NCBI RefSeq assembly: GCF_000341395.1
Contig: NC_020304.1
Span: 1,770,001-1,802,000 of the forward strand
Reading direction: 5' to 3'
Source: Desulfocapsa sulfexigens DSM 10523
Lineage (GTDB): Bacteria; Desulfobacterota; Desulfobulbia; Desulfobulbales; Desulfocapsaceae
DNA: 32,000 bases
The position numbers were made by a program, and so were the translations under genes. The notes beneath the pieces were generated by a model. It saw only the letters and a program-made list of their open reading frames with translations. It was not told where the DNA came from and did not search any database. Below, one piece after another: positions 17,611 through 27,497 of this stretch. The number at the start of each line of letters is the position of its first letter. The stretch's first letter is position 1.

Positions 17611-18798
17611 CTACTGTGGGGAAAAGGAGCCATTGCGCCAATAGGGCGCGGCAATAGGGGATCCAAGGTTGTATCGTATGAGACGACTTCTGACTTGAAG
17701 AAGCTGGTCGATAAGATTTTTTTCAGTTTTTTCGTATGCCACCCTGTCATTGGTGCGTTTCACGACAATTCCCAGTAATTCTGTTATGGCGTTTCCAACA
17801 GAGTTTTGACTGATGGTTACAATCAGCCGTCCAGCATCATCGCGGTAAAGAAGTTGTTTGTATGCAGGGCGCCAGCGGATTTCATTGGCAAACAATGGGT
17901 CTTCGAGGACTTGGAGGCGTAGCATTCTCGCGGCACTGTGGAACTTGTTGCTGAACAACAGTATATTCTCGATCTGGTCCGGGTAACGGGCATCCCCTGG
18001 AATGGTGGTTGTGTTGGAGGCGACAAGGGAAAATAATGCTCGATAAAAGTCGAGAAACCCGAGGAGCACCATGTCATACTCTCTCCAGAATGAACCCTGC
18101 TTTAAGGCCTCCATTCCTCCCTGTACTTCCCAGCTTGGGAGTCCCTGAGGGTATCCAGTGCTTTTAAGCTTAGCCTGATTCGGCTCCATGGGTTTTAAGA
18201 TATGTAGATCCAGAACCTCAAGAAATTTGAGATACACATCACTCAGGTAGTCAAGGAATAGCCCATTAGTGCCACTGTCCGTAAGATTTGGGTTGTCATG
18301 GGCAGCAGGAGGGGCATTCTGGAGCGTTGTATTCTCAAATACCATAAAATGGTTATGGATCATACGGATGCTTGGAACCCCCGGTTTGCTGATGGGCCAG
18401 GTGGCGTCGAGGCTTGCTTCGCCGCAAAAAAGGAGATGGCGCTCAGGGTCGGGATATTTTTCCAGCATGTATTCAAAAACAACCTGTGTCATTCGGGAGA
18501 AGACGAGGTTTTCGTGGCTGCTGAGCTGGTCTCGTCGCACCGGGCGTCCAAGGGGGTCTAGGATGTTTTGTGAGGAATCCAGGATGATGGAGGTGTCAAA
18601 GAGATTGCTGTGTCCTATGGCCTTGCGGTAGAGGAGAAAATTCTCGGGTGTGCGGAGCAGACCGTTTTCACGTGCCAAGTGGCGCAGATTGCACGGGCTG
18701 TTAAAAAACTCGGTAGGGGTGATACCTTTTGGGATCTCAATGGGGATTTTACGATGCGGAGTCGTGACTTCGCGTGGAACACCTGCTGTTGAACCCAT
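17611..18798 (-). CDS. Hypothetical protein of 395 aa with a possible HIT-like HxH motif
   Basis: A good ribosome-binding site (GGAGGA) lies 8 nt before the ATG at 18798. I recognise no family. The only motif-like stretch is SIRMIHNHFMVF, which resembles a histidine-triad or GalT-type Hx-H signature. Confidence 0.6.
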   Translation of the reverse strand: MGSTAGVPREVTTPHRKIPIEIPKGITPTEFFNSPCNLRHLARENGLLRTPENFLLYRKAIGHSNLFDTSIILDSSQNILDPLGRPVRRDQLSSHENLVFSRMTQVVFEYMLEKYPDPERHLLFCGEASLDATWPISKPGVPSIRMIHNHFMVFENTTLQNAPPAAHDNPNLTDSGTNGLFLDYLSDVYLKFLEVLDLHILKPMEPNQAKLKSTGYPQGLPSWEVQGGMEALKQGSFWREYDMVLLGFLDFYRALFSLVASNTTTIPGDARYPDQIENILLFSNKFHSAARMLRLQVLEDPLFANEIRWRPAYKQLLYRDDAGRLIVTISQNSVGNAITELLGIVVKRTNDRVAYEKTEKNLIDQLLQVRSRLIRYNLGSPIAAPYWRNGSFSPQ

Positions 18799-18909
18799 GG
18801 AGACTGTCCTCCGGAATATATGTCGGAAATGCGTATTCCCACCTCTACTGCAAGAGGCGGGAGTGTTCTTACGAATGGGAAGATAAGGTTTTGTAATGTT
18901 CCGTTGTTA

Positions 18910-20070
18910 TTATTTTCCTTTCTCTTTCTGGGCCTTGGCGTATGCCGTTGCTGCGCATTCATTTTTTCCGAGATCAAGCTCTTCTTCCTTGTCGATGTCG
19001 TACTGCTCAAGGTTTGCATTGGCAAGACGAATGAGTGCGTATTCTGCTGGCTGTTTGCGCATATTATCTTTGATATACTTGACAAAGTCTTTCTCTTCAA
19101 CCAGGGCAAAGACTTCTTTGTTGCGATCTTTCACCTCTCCAAAGGTCTGGCAGAAGATAAGGTCCGAATTTGCTTCACTCCAGTCCATGTAGTGTCCAGG
19201 AAGGACAAAAAGGGCGTCGTCAAGCTTTGCTACCTCACGAATAGTATTAAAAAGGAGAATGGCCCAGGAATCAACCTGTCCACCAAGGTCAGGTCGGCCA
19301 ATGGATTGAATCAGGACAGTGTCGCCTGAAAACATATAGGAGTTGTCTAGGATAAAGGTAACAGACCCAGGGGTGTGTCCCGGGGTGAACAGTGCCTTGA
19401 ACTCCGGGCCGCCGTTACTAAACGTATGGATTTCATTGTTGCTTAGCGGTGTATGGCCGGCTTTGGTCCCGTCAAAATCCTTGCCACCAAAAAATTCCGC
19501 TCCGGTCTGTTCGGCGATCTGCCGGGAACCCGATATGTAATCGGCCTGGAGGTGGGTCTCAAATGTTTTGGTGATTTTACAGTTCTTGGATTTGGCAAAA
19601 TCAAGATAGAAATCGACATTGCGGCTTGGGTCAACGAGCATCATTTCATCACCAGAAGAAATGCCATAACTGCAGGATGCCTTACCTGGGCGGATGAACT
19701 GGTAGAGATTGTAATCCTCACCTTCCCGAATGGTCATGGGGACAAGAAGGTTCCCCCATGTCTTGATGCCTCCGGTAAGATAGCGAACATCATCAAAACC
19801 ATGCTTGACCAGGATCTCTCCAACGTATTTTGCGGAACCCTCCTTGGCACAGACAATGCGCACTGCACGCCCTTTAGGGACTTTGGCAACGCTCTCATCT
19901 TCAATTTCCATAAAATCATAATAGGAGACGTTGATCATATCAAAGGAGTAGGGTGATTCAACCTGGAAACGATTGAAATCTTTTTCATTTCGTACATCGA
20001 GTACCAGAATGTCTTCTTTATCTGTAAGCCATTGAAAAAGGTCTTTTGCCTGGTAGGAAGAAAGTGTCAT
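18910..20070 (-). CDS. Rhodanese domain - metallo-beta-lactamase (MBL) fold fusion protein
   Basis: The N-terminal rhodanese-like domain has ILVLDVRNEKDF and RIVCAKEGSAKY. The MBL fold has ETHLQADYISG, TPGHTPGS, FSGDTV and LPGH. This architecture is that of persulfide-dioxygenase/sulfurtransferase fusions. Confidence 0.8.
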   Translation of the reverse strand: MTLSSYQAKDLFQWLTDKEDILVLDVRNEKDFNRFQVESPYSFDMINVSYYDFMEIEDESVAKVPKGRAVRIVCAKEGSAKYVGEILVKHGFDDVRYLTGGIKTWGNLLVPMTIREGEDYNLYQFIRPGKASCSYGISSGDEMMLVDPSRNVDFYLDFAKSKNCKITKTFETHLQADYISGSRQIAEQTGAEFFGGKDFDGTKAGHTPLSNNEIHTFSNGGPEFKALFTPGHTPGSVTFILDNSYMFSGDTVLIQSIGRPDLGGQVDSWAILLFNTIREVAKLDDALFVLPGHYMDWSEANSDLIFCQTFGEVKDRNKEVFALVEEKDFVKYIKDNMRKQPAEYALIRLANANLEQYDIDKEEELDLGKNECAATAYAKAQKEKGK

Positions 20071-20175
20071 GGGGTATTCCTGGATATAAGAGTTAAGAGT
20101 ATAGTATGTAAAATAGCTATTAATAACAGTAGTGTAATGGGAAAACTTACCATAAAGTACGCATTACCACAAGAA

Positions 20176-20201
20176 AAGGCTCATCCTATATGAGGTTTTT
20201 T
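20176..20201 (-). terminator. Weak terminator-like hairpin after the mfd-HAD operon
   Basis: The minus strand reads TAA-AAAAAAAC-CTCAT-ATAGG-ATGAG-CCTTTTCTT immediately after the HAD stop. The stem is only 5 bp. Confidence 0.3.
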
Positions 20202-20876
20202 TTAGAAAATGAGTTCATCGAAGTAGGTGATGGATGCATAGTCTGGGGAAAATTTGACTGGAATGCGTGAGCTGGGACGGGCTACGAAAATGGGGAATCC
20301 GATTCCGTATTGACTGGCGGAATGCAGTACTTTTGCTGTGTCATCGGCCAGGAGAGTGCTACTTTTACTGAAGCCAAGGTGATCCTCCAGTTTTTGCCAG
20401 AATTCAGGCTGTTCTTTGGCATAGCCTATTTCTTCTGCGCAAACGATTTGATCAAAATGTGATCCCAGTGCGGTTTTCTCCATCTTGATATGCAGCGTTT
20501 TTGAATGAGCATTGGTGACGAGATAGATTGTTTTGCCAATCTTCCGAGTGTAGTCTAGAAAATCTGTAACATAGGGATGAACCTTGATAAGGTGGTCGAC
20601 CTTGCATTTCAGCTCAGGAATATCAAGGTCAAGCTGTTCAGACCAATAATCAAGGTCACACCATTGCAGGGTGCTTTCCACCTTCTGATATCGCTGAAGA
20701 AGGACTTTTCTGGCTTCCTCCTCGGAAAGGCTGTTGTTTTTTGCAAAGATCTTCGGGATATATTCTTCCCAGAAATGATCATCAAAATATTTGTCCAGCA
20801 GGGTTCCATCCATATCAAGAAGGACGGTATCTATCTGAGACCAGGAGAAACTCGGGTGTATCTGCACATGTGTCAT
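20202..20876 (-). CDS. yrfG: HAD superfamily hydrolase, YrfG-like GMP/IMP nucleotidase
   Basis: It has the DxDGT motif (VLLDMDGTLLD) and the block TLQWCDLDYWSEQLDLDI, which closely mirrors E. coli YrfG (TLNWYCLDYWSEQLGLDI, from memory). The start lies 11 nt after the mfd stop. Confidence 0.75.
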   Translation of the reverse strand: MTHVQIHPSFSWSQIDTVLLDMDGTLLDKYFDDHFWEEYIPKIFAKNNSLSEEEARKVLLQRYQKVESTLQWCDLDYWSEQLDLDIPELKCKVDHLIKVHPYVTDFLDYTRKIGKTIYLVTNAHSKTLHIKMEKTALGSHFDQIVCAEEIGYAKEQPEFWQKLEDHLGFSKSSTLLADDTAKVLHSASQYGIGFPIFVARPSSRIPVKFSPDYASITYFDELIF

Positions 20877-20887
20877 ATGAATCTCTT

Positions 20888-23800
20888 TTATTGTGTCAGT
20901 CCATTCAGTTCCGTTAATATATGTCGTAACACAGTAAACAGTCGTTCCGATGAGTCAATGCTGGCCGGGATAATTAACCTTCCATCGGGAGTGAGTCTTC
21001 GTGGAGGGGCCTTTCTCTTTTTACTGCCATTTTGGAGGTAGGCAAGAAGATTTCTGGGATCGAGAGGGGTGTTTTCTGTGAATGAGAACACAAAGGTATC
21101 CTTCCCCTTCTCGAGTTTACTGACCCCTAGCAGTGCCAGTTCTTTTTTGAGTGCGACAATCTTAAAAAGATTATGTGTTTCTTCGGGAACCGGCCCATAA
21201 CGGTCGTCAAGTTCCTCAAGCAGATCCTCATACATGCAGGTTTCGGCCATCGAGAGTGCAGAAATACGGCGATAGGCGACGTAGCGCTGGCTGATGTCCG
21301 GGATGTAGGTCTCGGGTATATAGGCGGATATCTGAAGGTTGATTTCTGCCTCTACCGTGTCATCTGAAATAGCGGTATCGCCGCCAGCTGCTGCTCGAGC
21401 CTTCATGTCAGCGACGGTTTTCTGCAGAAGGTCAAGATAGAGATCATAGCCTATGGCCGTTATGTGCCCGGATTGGGACACCCCGAGCAGATTGCCGCCT
21501 CCACGGATCTGCAGGTCACTCATGGCAAGTTTAAACCCGCCACCAAGCTCATTAGATTCCATCAGGGCCCGTAGTCTGTCTTTCGAGTCTTTGCTCAAAT
21601 TATCCAGTGATGGAACGAGTAAATAGGCAAAAGCCTGGGAAGATGACCTGCCAACCCGGCCGCGTAACTGGTAAATTTCGGCAAGGCCAAGGGTGTCTGC
21701 ACGGTTGATAATCATGGTGTTTGCAGATGGTATATCCAGGCCTGATTCGATAATTGTTGTCGCCACCAGAACATCGATCTCGCGGTTTACAAATCTTACC
21801 ATAATTTCTTCAAGTTCTTTGCCGTTCATCTGGCCATGTGCCACAGCAATACGGGCCTCGGGGACAAGTTCCTGCACCTTGCTTGCCATCCTGTAAATGG
21901 ATTTCACCCGGTTGTGAACAAAAAAGACCTGGCCTCCACGGCGTAGCTCTTTCAAGACAGCCTCTTTGATAACCAGGTCGTCATAGCGTGCGACAAAGGT
22001 TTTTACGGGCCTTCTATGTTCTGGCGGACTTGAAATGACAGAGAGATCACGGATGGAGAGGAGTGACATCTGCAACGTTCTTGGAATAGGTGTGGCTGTG
22101 AGGGTGAGGATATCCACCTCGGATTTTATTCGCTTGATCTTCTCCTTATGGCTAACACCAAAGCGGTGTTCTTCATCAATGATAAGGAGACCAAGTTCCC
22201 GATAGCTGACATCCTTGGAGAGGAGCCGATGGGTTCCTATGATAATATCAATCTCACCGGTTGCAAGTTCCTTAATGATCCGTTTCTGTTGAGCCGCAGT
22301 ACGAAAGCGGTTAATACATTCCACTGTAACCGGAAACCCCTGCATTCTTTCCCTGAAGGTTTTGGCGTGCTGTTCGGCAAGCACCGTAGTGGGGACAAGA
22401 ATGGCGACCTGTGCCCCGTCTTCAACAACCTTGAAGGCAGCCCGTACTGCAACCTCTGTCTTGCCATAACCAACGTCGCCACATACAAGGCGGTCCATGG
22501 GTTGATCGCTGGTGAGGTCACTTATGACATCGGTAATGGCTTTGTCCTGGCCAACGGTTTCATCAAAGGGGAAGGATTCTTCCAGTTCGTGGTAGAGTTC
22601 TCCTGGAGGAGAGAACCGTCTCCCTTCACGGAGTTCACGCCTGGCATAGATTTCAAGGAGTTCCTCAGCAACTTTCCATACTTCTTCCTTCACCTTAGCT
22701 TTGGCAGCGCGCCATGATGCGGTACCAAGCTTGTCAATACGCGGTGATTTGTCTGAAAGCCCTTCGTAGCGACTGATGAGATTAAGGCGGTCAACGGGAA
22801 GATAGAGTTTGTCACCATCCCGATATTCAATGCACATGTAATCATTGACCACTCCCTGCATGGTAAGCGTTGCCATACCAAGATAGAGGCCGAGGCCATG
22901 GTCACGATGGACAACCACATCACCGTCGTGGAGTTCGGTAAAACGGATGGACTCGCCAAGTTTTTCCTTTGTCTTCTTTTTGTTGCCAATGCGCATTTCC
23001 CCGAAGAGTTCACTTTCGGAGAGGAAGTGTATCGGGGGAGTGGTAAGGGAAAAGCCTTCACTTAGAGGCTGATCACAGAGGTAGAGGATGTCACAACCCG
23101 CGGTCCTTGAGATTGTCTTCAGGTCTATGGGACTTTCAAGAAGTTCGATAGTGTGTTGATGTCTTTCAAGCAGCTCCGCAAGCGTTTTAGTTTGACGCAG
23201 GGATCGGCAGCAGAGAACAACCGTGTCACCCTGATTTTGCCAGGAATGAATCTGGTCGGAAAGTGGCGGTACCAGTCCACGTTCCTTGCGTTGCAGGCTG
23301 ATATCCTGTTTCAGAATCTGGTGATTTGTGGCAGTTAGAGTGTGAAAATTGTTGATGTCCGTGGTGGTAGAACAGTGAAGATTTGCAAAAGAGGCCATCT
23401 TTTCCCTGGTTTCTTCAGGAGGAAGAAAAATCTGGTTTGGATCAAGCGCAGGGGTATGTAAGGATTTTGCCTCTTCATAATTGTTGTTGATCCGTTCCTG
23501 AACCACGGCACGGGCCTGCTCCTCCATTTCAGGGGAAAAATGAATTAAGCATGTGTCCTTGGGAAGAAAGTCAAAGAGGCTGCTGACAGACTCAGTGTCG
23601 GGATAGAAAACAGGCAGAAAAAATTCCATACCTGGAAAGCGCATAGCAGAAGCGATCCGATCTCGGATCTTCAGACTTTCGTCGCTTCCCCAGGCAAGTC
23701 TGCTACTTTCTTTATCGAAAGTATTCAGAATCTGCTTCATCCTGGTAGAAGAGGGGGATGGATAACTGATATCACTGGCCGGAAGGATAATGGCCTCATC

Positions 23801-24439
23801 TATTTCACAGATGGAGCGTTGACTGATTGGATTGAAACCACGGAGTGATTCAATGGTGTCACCAAAGAAGTCAAGGCGTATTGGGGACGTGTGAATTTCC
23901 TGGCCTGCCTGAAATGAAGGCGGGAAAATATCAATTATTCCTCCACGGATGGAATAGTCTCCGACGCTTTGAACGAGATTAACCTGTTCGTATCCGAGAT
24001 TATTCAGTTTTCGAAAAAGATCATCCCGGTCACATTCTTCACCAGAGAGAAGGAGTTCGGCATGAGCGAACAGAAATTTTGCGGGCATTGTACGCCGCAT
24101 CAAGGCTTCTGCTGAAACCACAAGAATGGAGTGGTTTTTTGCAACGGTCTCATGAAGACGGTACAGGGTTGATAATCTGGCTGCGGTGGTAAGCGGATCA
24201 GGTGAGAGTGGTGTGTAGGCGGGGATTTCGTAGCCGGGATAGGTGAGGACAGAACGGTTTGTGAAGAGTTTCAGATCCTCTTCAACCTGGACAACCATCT
24301 CCTCGTCGGGGACGATACAGCAGCATGTTTGCATTTCAGCTTGCAGTGCTGCCAGAAGAATTTTGGAGTTGCCACGCAGTGATGAACATGTGAGGGCAGT
24401 GCTACAGGGGATCGGGCCTGTTGAAAATGGAGTATGCAT
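20888..24439 (-). CDS. mfd: Transcription-repair coupling factor
   Basis: It is colinear with E. coli Mfd, including the RNAP-interaction region, DRLVCGDVGYGKTEVA, IIDEEHRFGV, LTLTATPIPRTL, QLRGRVGRS and the TRG/C-terminal domain. I prefer the ATG at 24439 over the TTG at 24487 by N-terminal length comparison. Confidence 0.93.
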   Translation of the reverse strand: MHTPFSTGPIPCSTALTCSSLRGNSKILLAALQAEMQTCCCIVPDEEMVVQVEEDLKLFTNRSVLTYPGYEIPAYTPLSPDPLTTAARLSTLYRLHETVAKNHSILVVSAEALMRRTMPAKFLFAHAELLLSGEECDRDDLFRKLNNLGYEQVNLVQSVGDYSIRGGIIDIFPPSFQAGQEIHTSPIRLDFFGDTIESLRGFNPISQRSICEIDEAIILPASDISYPSPSSTRMKQILNTFDKESSRLAWGSDESLKIRDRIASAMRFPGMEFFLPVFYPDTESVSSLFDFLPKDTCLIHFSPEMEEQARAVVQERINNNYEEAKSLHTPALDPNQIFLPPEETREKMASFANLHCSTTTDINNFHTLTATNHQILKQDISLQRKERGLVPPLSDQIHSWQNQGDTVVLCCRSLRQTKTLAELLERHQHTIELLESPIDLKTISRTAGCDILYLCDQPLSEGFSLTTPPIHFLSESELFGEMRIGNKKKTKEKLGESIRFTELHDGDVVVHRDHGLGLYLGMATLTMQGVVNDYMCIEYRDGDKLYLPVDRLNLISRYEGLSDKSPRIDKLGTASWRAAKAKVKEEVWKVAEELLEIYARRELREGRRFSPPGELYHELEESFPFDETVGQDKAITDVISDLTSDQPMDRLVCGDVGYGKTEVAVRAAFKVVEDGAQVAILVPTTVLAEQHAKTFRERMQGFPVTVECINRFRTAAQQKRIIKELATGEIDIIIGTHRLLSKDVSYRELGLLIIDEEHRFGVSHKEKIKRIKSEVDILTLTATPIPRTLQMSLLSIRDLSVISSPPEHRRPVKTFVARYDDLVIKEAVLKELRRGGQVFFVHNRVKSIYRMASKVQELVPEARIAVAHGQMNGKELEEIMVRFVNREIDVLVATTIIESGLDIPSANTMIINRADTLGLAEIYQLRGRVGRSSSQAFAYLLVPSLDNLSKDSKDRLRALMESNELGGGFKLAMSDLQIRGGGNLLGVSQSGHITAIGYDLYLDLLQKTVADMKARAAAGGDTAISDDTVEAEINLQISAYIPETYIPDISQRYVAYRRISALSMAETCMYEDLLEELDDRYGPVPEETHNLFKIVALKKELALLGVSKLEKGKDTFVFSFTENTPLDPRNLLAYLQNGSKKRKAPPRRLTPDGRLIIPASIDSSERLFTVLRHILTELNGLTQ

Positions 24440-24495
24440 GAGGGGTAAATAAAATTGCCGGCTGCATGGAGTGCATGCAGTCGGCAAAAAGAAAA

Positions 24496-24566
24496 AAATA
24501 TGTGAAGGTACTTTTTACCCGTAAGGGGGATTGTACAGAGTACCGGTTTACTTTTTGTGTACCGGT
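24496..24566 (-). repeat. Conserved intergenic element, copy A (bamA-mfd spacer)
   Basis: It shares ordered blocks with copy B: AAATATGT, TTTACCC, TAAGG, a perfect 16-mer GAGTACCGGTTTACTT (24538-24553), and a second TACCGGT exactly 19 nt after the first (24541 and 24560). Confidence 0.6.
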
Positions 24567-24567
24567 C

Positions 24568-27270
24568 TTAGAAGGAACCACCAATGGAGAAATCCCATAC
24601 GGTGGTATCTTCATCAGGCTCGGGGTCGAGATTGTACCCCCAGACCAGTCGCAGAGGACCCATGGGAGATAACCAGCGGAATTCAATCCCTGTTCCCTTG
24701 TTGTAACTATCAAGATTCCAGTCTTCGTCATCAGCTACAACTTTACCGGCGTCAAGGAAGATTACACCTTGGACACCTGCCTCGGGCAGGAGAGGGAATA
24801 TGTATTCTAGATTGGTGTACCACATCTTGTCACCACCAATACGGTCTCCGGTCTCCGGATCAATGGGACTTGCTTTTCCGTATTCATATCCTCGAATGGT
24901 GTTTATGCCACCAAGGTAAAAACGTTCGTAAACCGGTAGTTTTCCAGTCTCGTTTTCCCATATTTGGCCGGCTGCTGCCTTAAAGTGAAAGACTGTGGTC
25001 CAGGGCATGGGAAAATACCAGCTGGTAAAGGCTTCGAGCTTGGTGAACTCAGCATCACCACCAAAAGGACCTCCAGCATATTTAACCGTAATAGAGTTTT
25101 CTGACCCTCTGCTGGCCCCGTTTATCCGGTCACGGGTATCACGAATTAGTCCAAATTTCACAGCACTGGTTACATTGATGTCCATGGAGTCGACGATGAT
25201 CTGGGATGCAAATTCAGACACATTGGAAAGTGTGGTGTCAGTATAGCTGTAGCTTCCATAGCCGCGCCATCTTTCAAAAAGTGGATATCCGAAACGAAGG
25301 GCACCTCCTCTTGAGTCCTTGTCGTAGTCGTCGTACTCCCGGAACCAGTTGAAAATGTCAGCACCCACCGAGAGATCAGAATCACGGAGATGAGGGTTGG
25401 TATAACTCAGATTGTAGCGGTTTGAGTTACCACTAATGTTGGCGGCAAGTGAAAGCCTGTCACCCCGGCCAAGGAAGTTGTTTTCGGAAATCTCACCCAT
25501 AAGCATGAGTGAATCGACAGAACTGTATCCGGCGCCGATGCTGAACTGTCCAGTGGATTTTTCCTTAACATTTACTGTAACGTTCATCTTTGACGGGTCA
25601 AGGGCCGGTTCCGGAACAATATTAACCTCTTCAAAAAAATCAAGACGCTGTAGGCGCTGGGTACTGATTCGGATGGCTTTAGAATCAAAAACACCACCTT
25701 CTGCAATTTTTAGCTCACGGCGGATAACATTGTCACGGGTACGGCTGTTACCCTTAATTGCAACTCGCTGGATATAAACAAGGTCACCTTTTTTAATATC
25801 AATAACGACATCGACCCTGGCACCGGTTGCTGAACGATTGGTCTTTGGTCGAATATCTGCAAAGGCAAAGCCCTGTTCAGAATAAAAATCTGTTAGTTTA
25901 AGGATGTCTTCGCGCAGAATCTGGCGGTTGATGAATTCCTCATTCTGAATTGTCAGGAGGCTGCGTAATTCCTGCTGGTCTACGATCAGGTCCCCTGTGA
26001 ATGATACGGTTCCAACTCTGTAGCGGGGGCCTTCTTCTATGGTGAATGTGATATATAACCAGTCATCTTCCTGGGTGACTGTTGGATTACCTATCTTTAC
26101 TTCGAGGAACCCCTGGTTGTTATAGAAGGATCCAAGTCTGGCCACGTCTTGAGCTAGCATCTGCTGCTTCATCAGTCCTGTCTCGGTGAGCCAGGAAAGC
26201 CAGTTTTTGGTACCCGACTCAATGACATCTTCAAGGTCATCGTCGTCGAAGCTCTTATTGCCGATAAAGTTGATTTCTTTAATATAAATTTTGTCACCCT
26301 CGACAATCACGTAGCGGAGTTCAGCGTGTTCGTCATCGGGATAGCTGATCTGGGCAGTAACGCTGGTATTGTAATAGCCTTTTGATTTGTAGAGAGCTTT
26401 TATGGCGTCAGCCCCGTTATTGATCTTGTTTGAATTAAGGATTGTATTTATACCGATATTTGCAGCTTCAGACACTTCGATTTCTGTGAGGGCATCGAGT
26501 CCTGAATATTCGATACTTCGGATTATGGGTTTCTCCGTTACTTCAAAGGTAACGATCTTTCCTGCTTCGCTTTCTTCCACTTCGATACGAACGTCTTCAA
26601 AGTAACCCATTTTGAAAATGGCTTTCAAGTCTTCCCGTAGAGTGGTTGGATTGTAAAAATCCCCTGACTTTGTTTTGATTTGGCGGGAAATGGCACCGGA
26701 GTCAATACGTTTGTTGCCGCTGGGGGTAATGGTTGCAATAATGAAATCTCTTTCGGTGTAGGAGATGACCTCTCCTATTACTTCTGAGAGAGTACCGCCA
26801 AGATTTTCCATGGATTCGCCATGGCGGTAGTAGTACTTTGGGGAACCGGGTGAGAGAAGGTCAAAAACCTTGTAGTCAATACTGATCTGTTCTCCAATGA
26901 CGGTGAGACTTCCAACGGCCACATAGTCGAGCCCTGTGGTTGCTGCAATTTTCTGGAGACTCTTGGCTTCGGGGGGCCAGACTCCGGCGTAACTGACAAG
27001 TTTTTCCGCCTCTTCCCGTGACATCATTGTAAAAGAAGTTGGGAAAAGAGCATTGGCAAGTGCACTGTCGGTTTGATCAGCAATGGTCTGTTGATCGGCA
27101 GGACTGTTAATTTTAAGTGGCAGGTAGGTTGTGTTTTGTTCAATTGCTGTTGCAAGTCCCGGAAAGAGAAGACACAACGAGGCAAGAAAAACGAGTAACA
27201 AGCTGGCTTGTTTATGTTTCTGTTTGGTGAATGGGTCGGAAGAGGCGATGACTTTTCTGCTGTGGCTCAT
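24568..27270 (-). CDS. bamA: Outer membrane protein assembly factor BamA (Omp85) with an extra N-terminal domain
   Basis: It has POTRA repeats (for example IRSIEYSGLDALTEIEV, IKEINFIGNKSFDDDDL, VGTVSFTGDLIVDQQEL, IQRVAIKGNSRTRDNVIRREL). The C-terminal beta-barrel ends in ...WDFSIGGSF with a terminal aromatic residue. I prefer the ATG at 27270, which is followed by a signal peptide (LLLVFLASLCLLFPGLATA). Confidence 0.9.
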   Translation of the reverse strand: MSHSRKVIASSDPFTKQKHKQASLLLVFLASLCLLFPGLATAIEQNTTYLPLKINSPADQQTIADQTDSALANALFPTSFTMMSREEAEKLVSYAGVWPPEAKSLQKIAATTGLDYVAVGSLTVIGEQISIDYKVFDLLSPGSPKYYYRHGESMENLGGTLSEVIGEVISYTERDFIIATITPSGNKRIDSGAISRQIKTKSGDFYNPTTLREDLKAIFKMGYFEDVRIEVEESEAGKIVTFEVTEKPIIRSIEYSGLDALTEIEVSEAANIGINTILNSNKINNGADAIKALYKSKGYYNTSVTAQISYPDDEHAELRYVIVEGDKIYIKEINFIGNKSFDDDDLEDVIESGTKNWLSWLTETGLMKQQMLAQDVARLGSFYNNQGFLEVKIGNPTVTQEDDWLYITFTIEEGPRYRVGTVSFTGDLIVDQQELRSLLTIQNEEFINRQILREDILKLTDFYSEQGFAFADIRPKTNRSATGARVDVVIDIKKGDLVYIQRVAIKGNSRTRDNVIRRELKIAEGGVFDSKAIRISTQRLQRLDFFEEVNIVPEPALDPSKMNVTVNVKEKSTGQFSIGAGYSSVDSLMLMGEISENNFLGRGDRLSLAANISGNSNRYNLSYTNPHLRDSDLSVGADIFNWFREYDDYDKDSRGGALRFGYPLFERWRGYGSYSYTDTTLSNVSEFASQIIVDSMDINVTSAVKFGLIRDTRDRINGASRGSENSITVKYAGGPFGGDAEFTKLEAFTSWYFPMPWTTVFHFKAAAGQIWENETGKLPVYERFYLGGINTIRGYEYGKASPIDPETGDRIGGDKMWYTNLEYIFPLLPEAGVQGVIFLDAGKVVADDEDWNLDSYNKGTGIEFRWLSPMGPLRLVWGYNLDPEPDEDTTVWDFSIGGSF

Positions 27271-27497
27271 GTGTTGTCCTGTTTCTCTATAAGGAAATGA
27301 TTTGTCTTGTGGGCAGGAAGCCTGTCCGCATTTCATAACATTCTCAGGTGTGACTGAACTTAAGAAAACCGATTACTACTTTAAAAATTTCATACTATGC
27401 CATGTTTAGTCTTTTTTGCAAAGGGCGCAAAGCTATAAAGAGGGAAAAAGAACAGGATCCTTTGGTTATGTTTGCTGGTGGTGGCTTTTTTATTTCA

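Noticed and set aside
27271-27336. The ORF track gives longer N-terminal extensions for bamA (start 27336) and for mfd (start 24487).
   Set aside because: The bamA extension (MKCGQASCPQDK...) precedes a normal Met plus signal peptide at 27270. The mfd extension is Cys/Pro-rich, and the ATG at 24439 gives an N-terminal length that matches E. coli Mfd. Neither candidate start has a strong SD, so this remains a judgement call.
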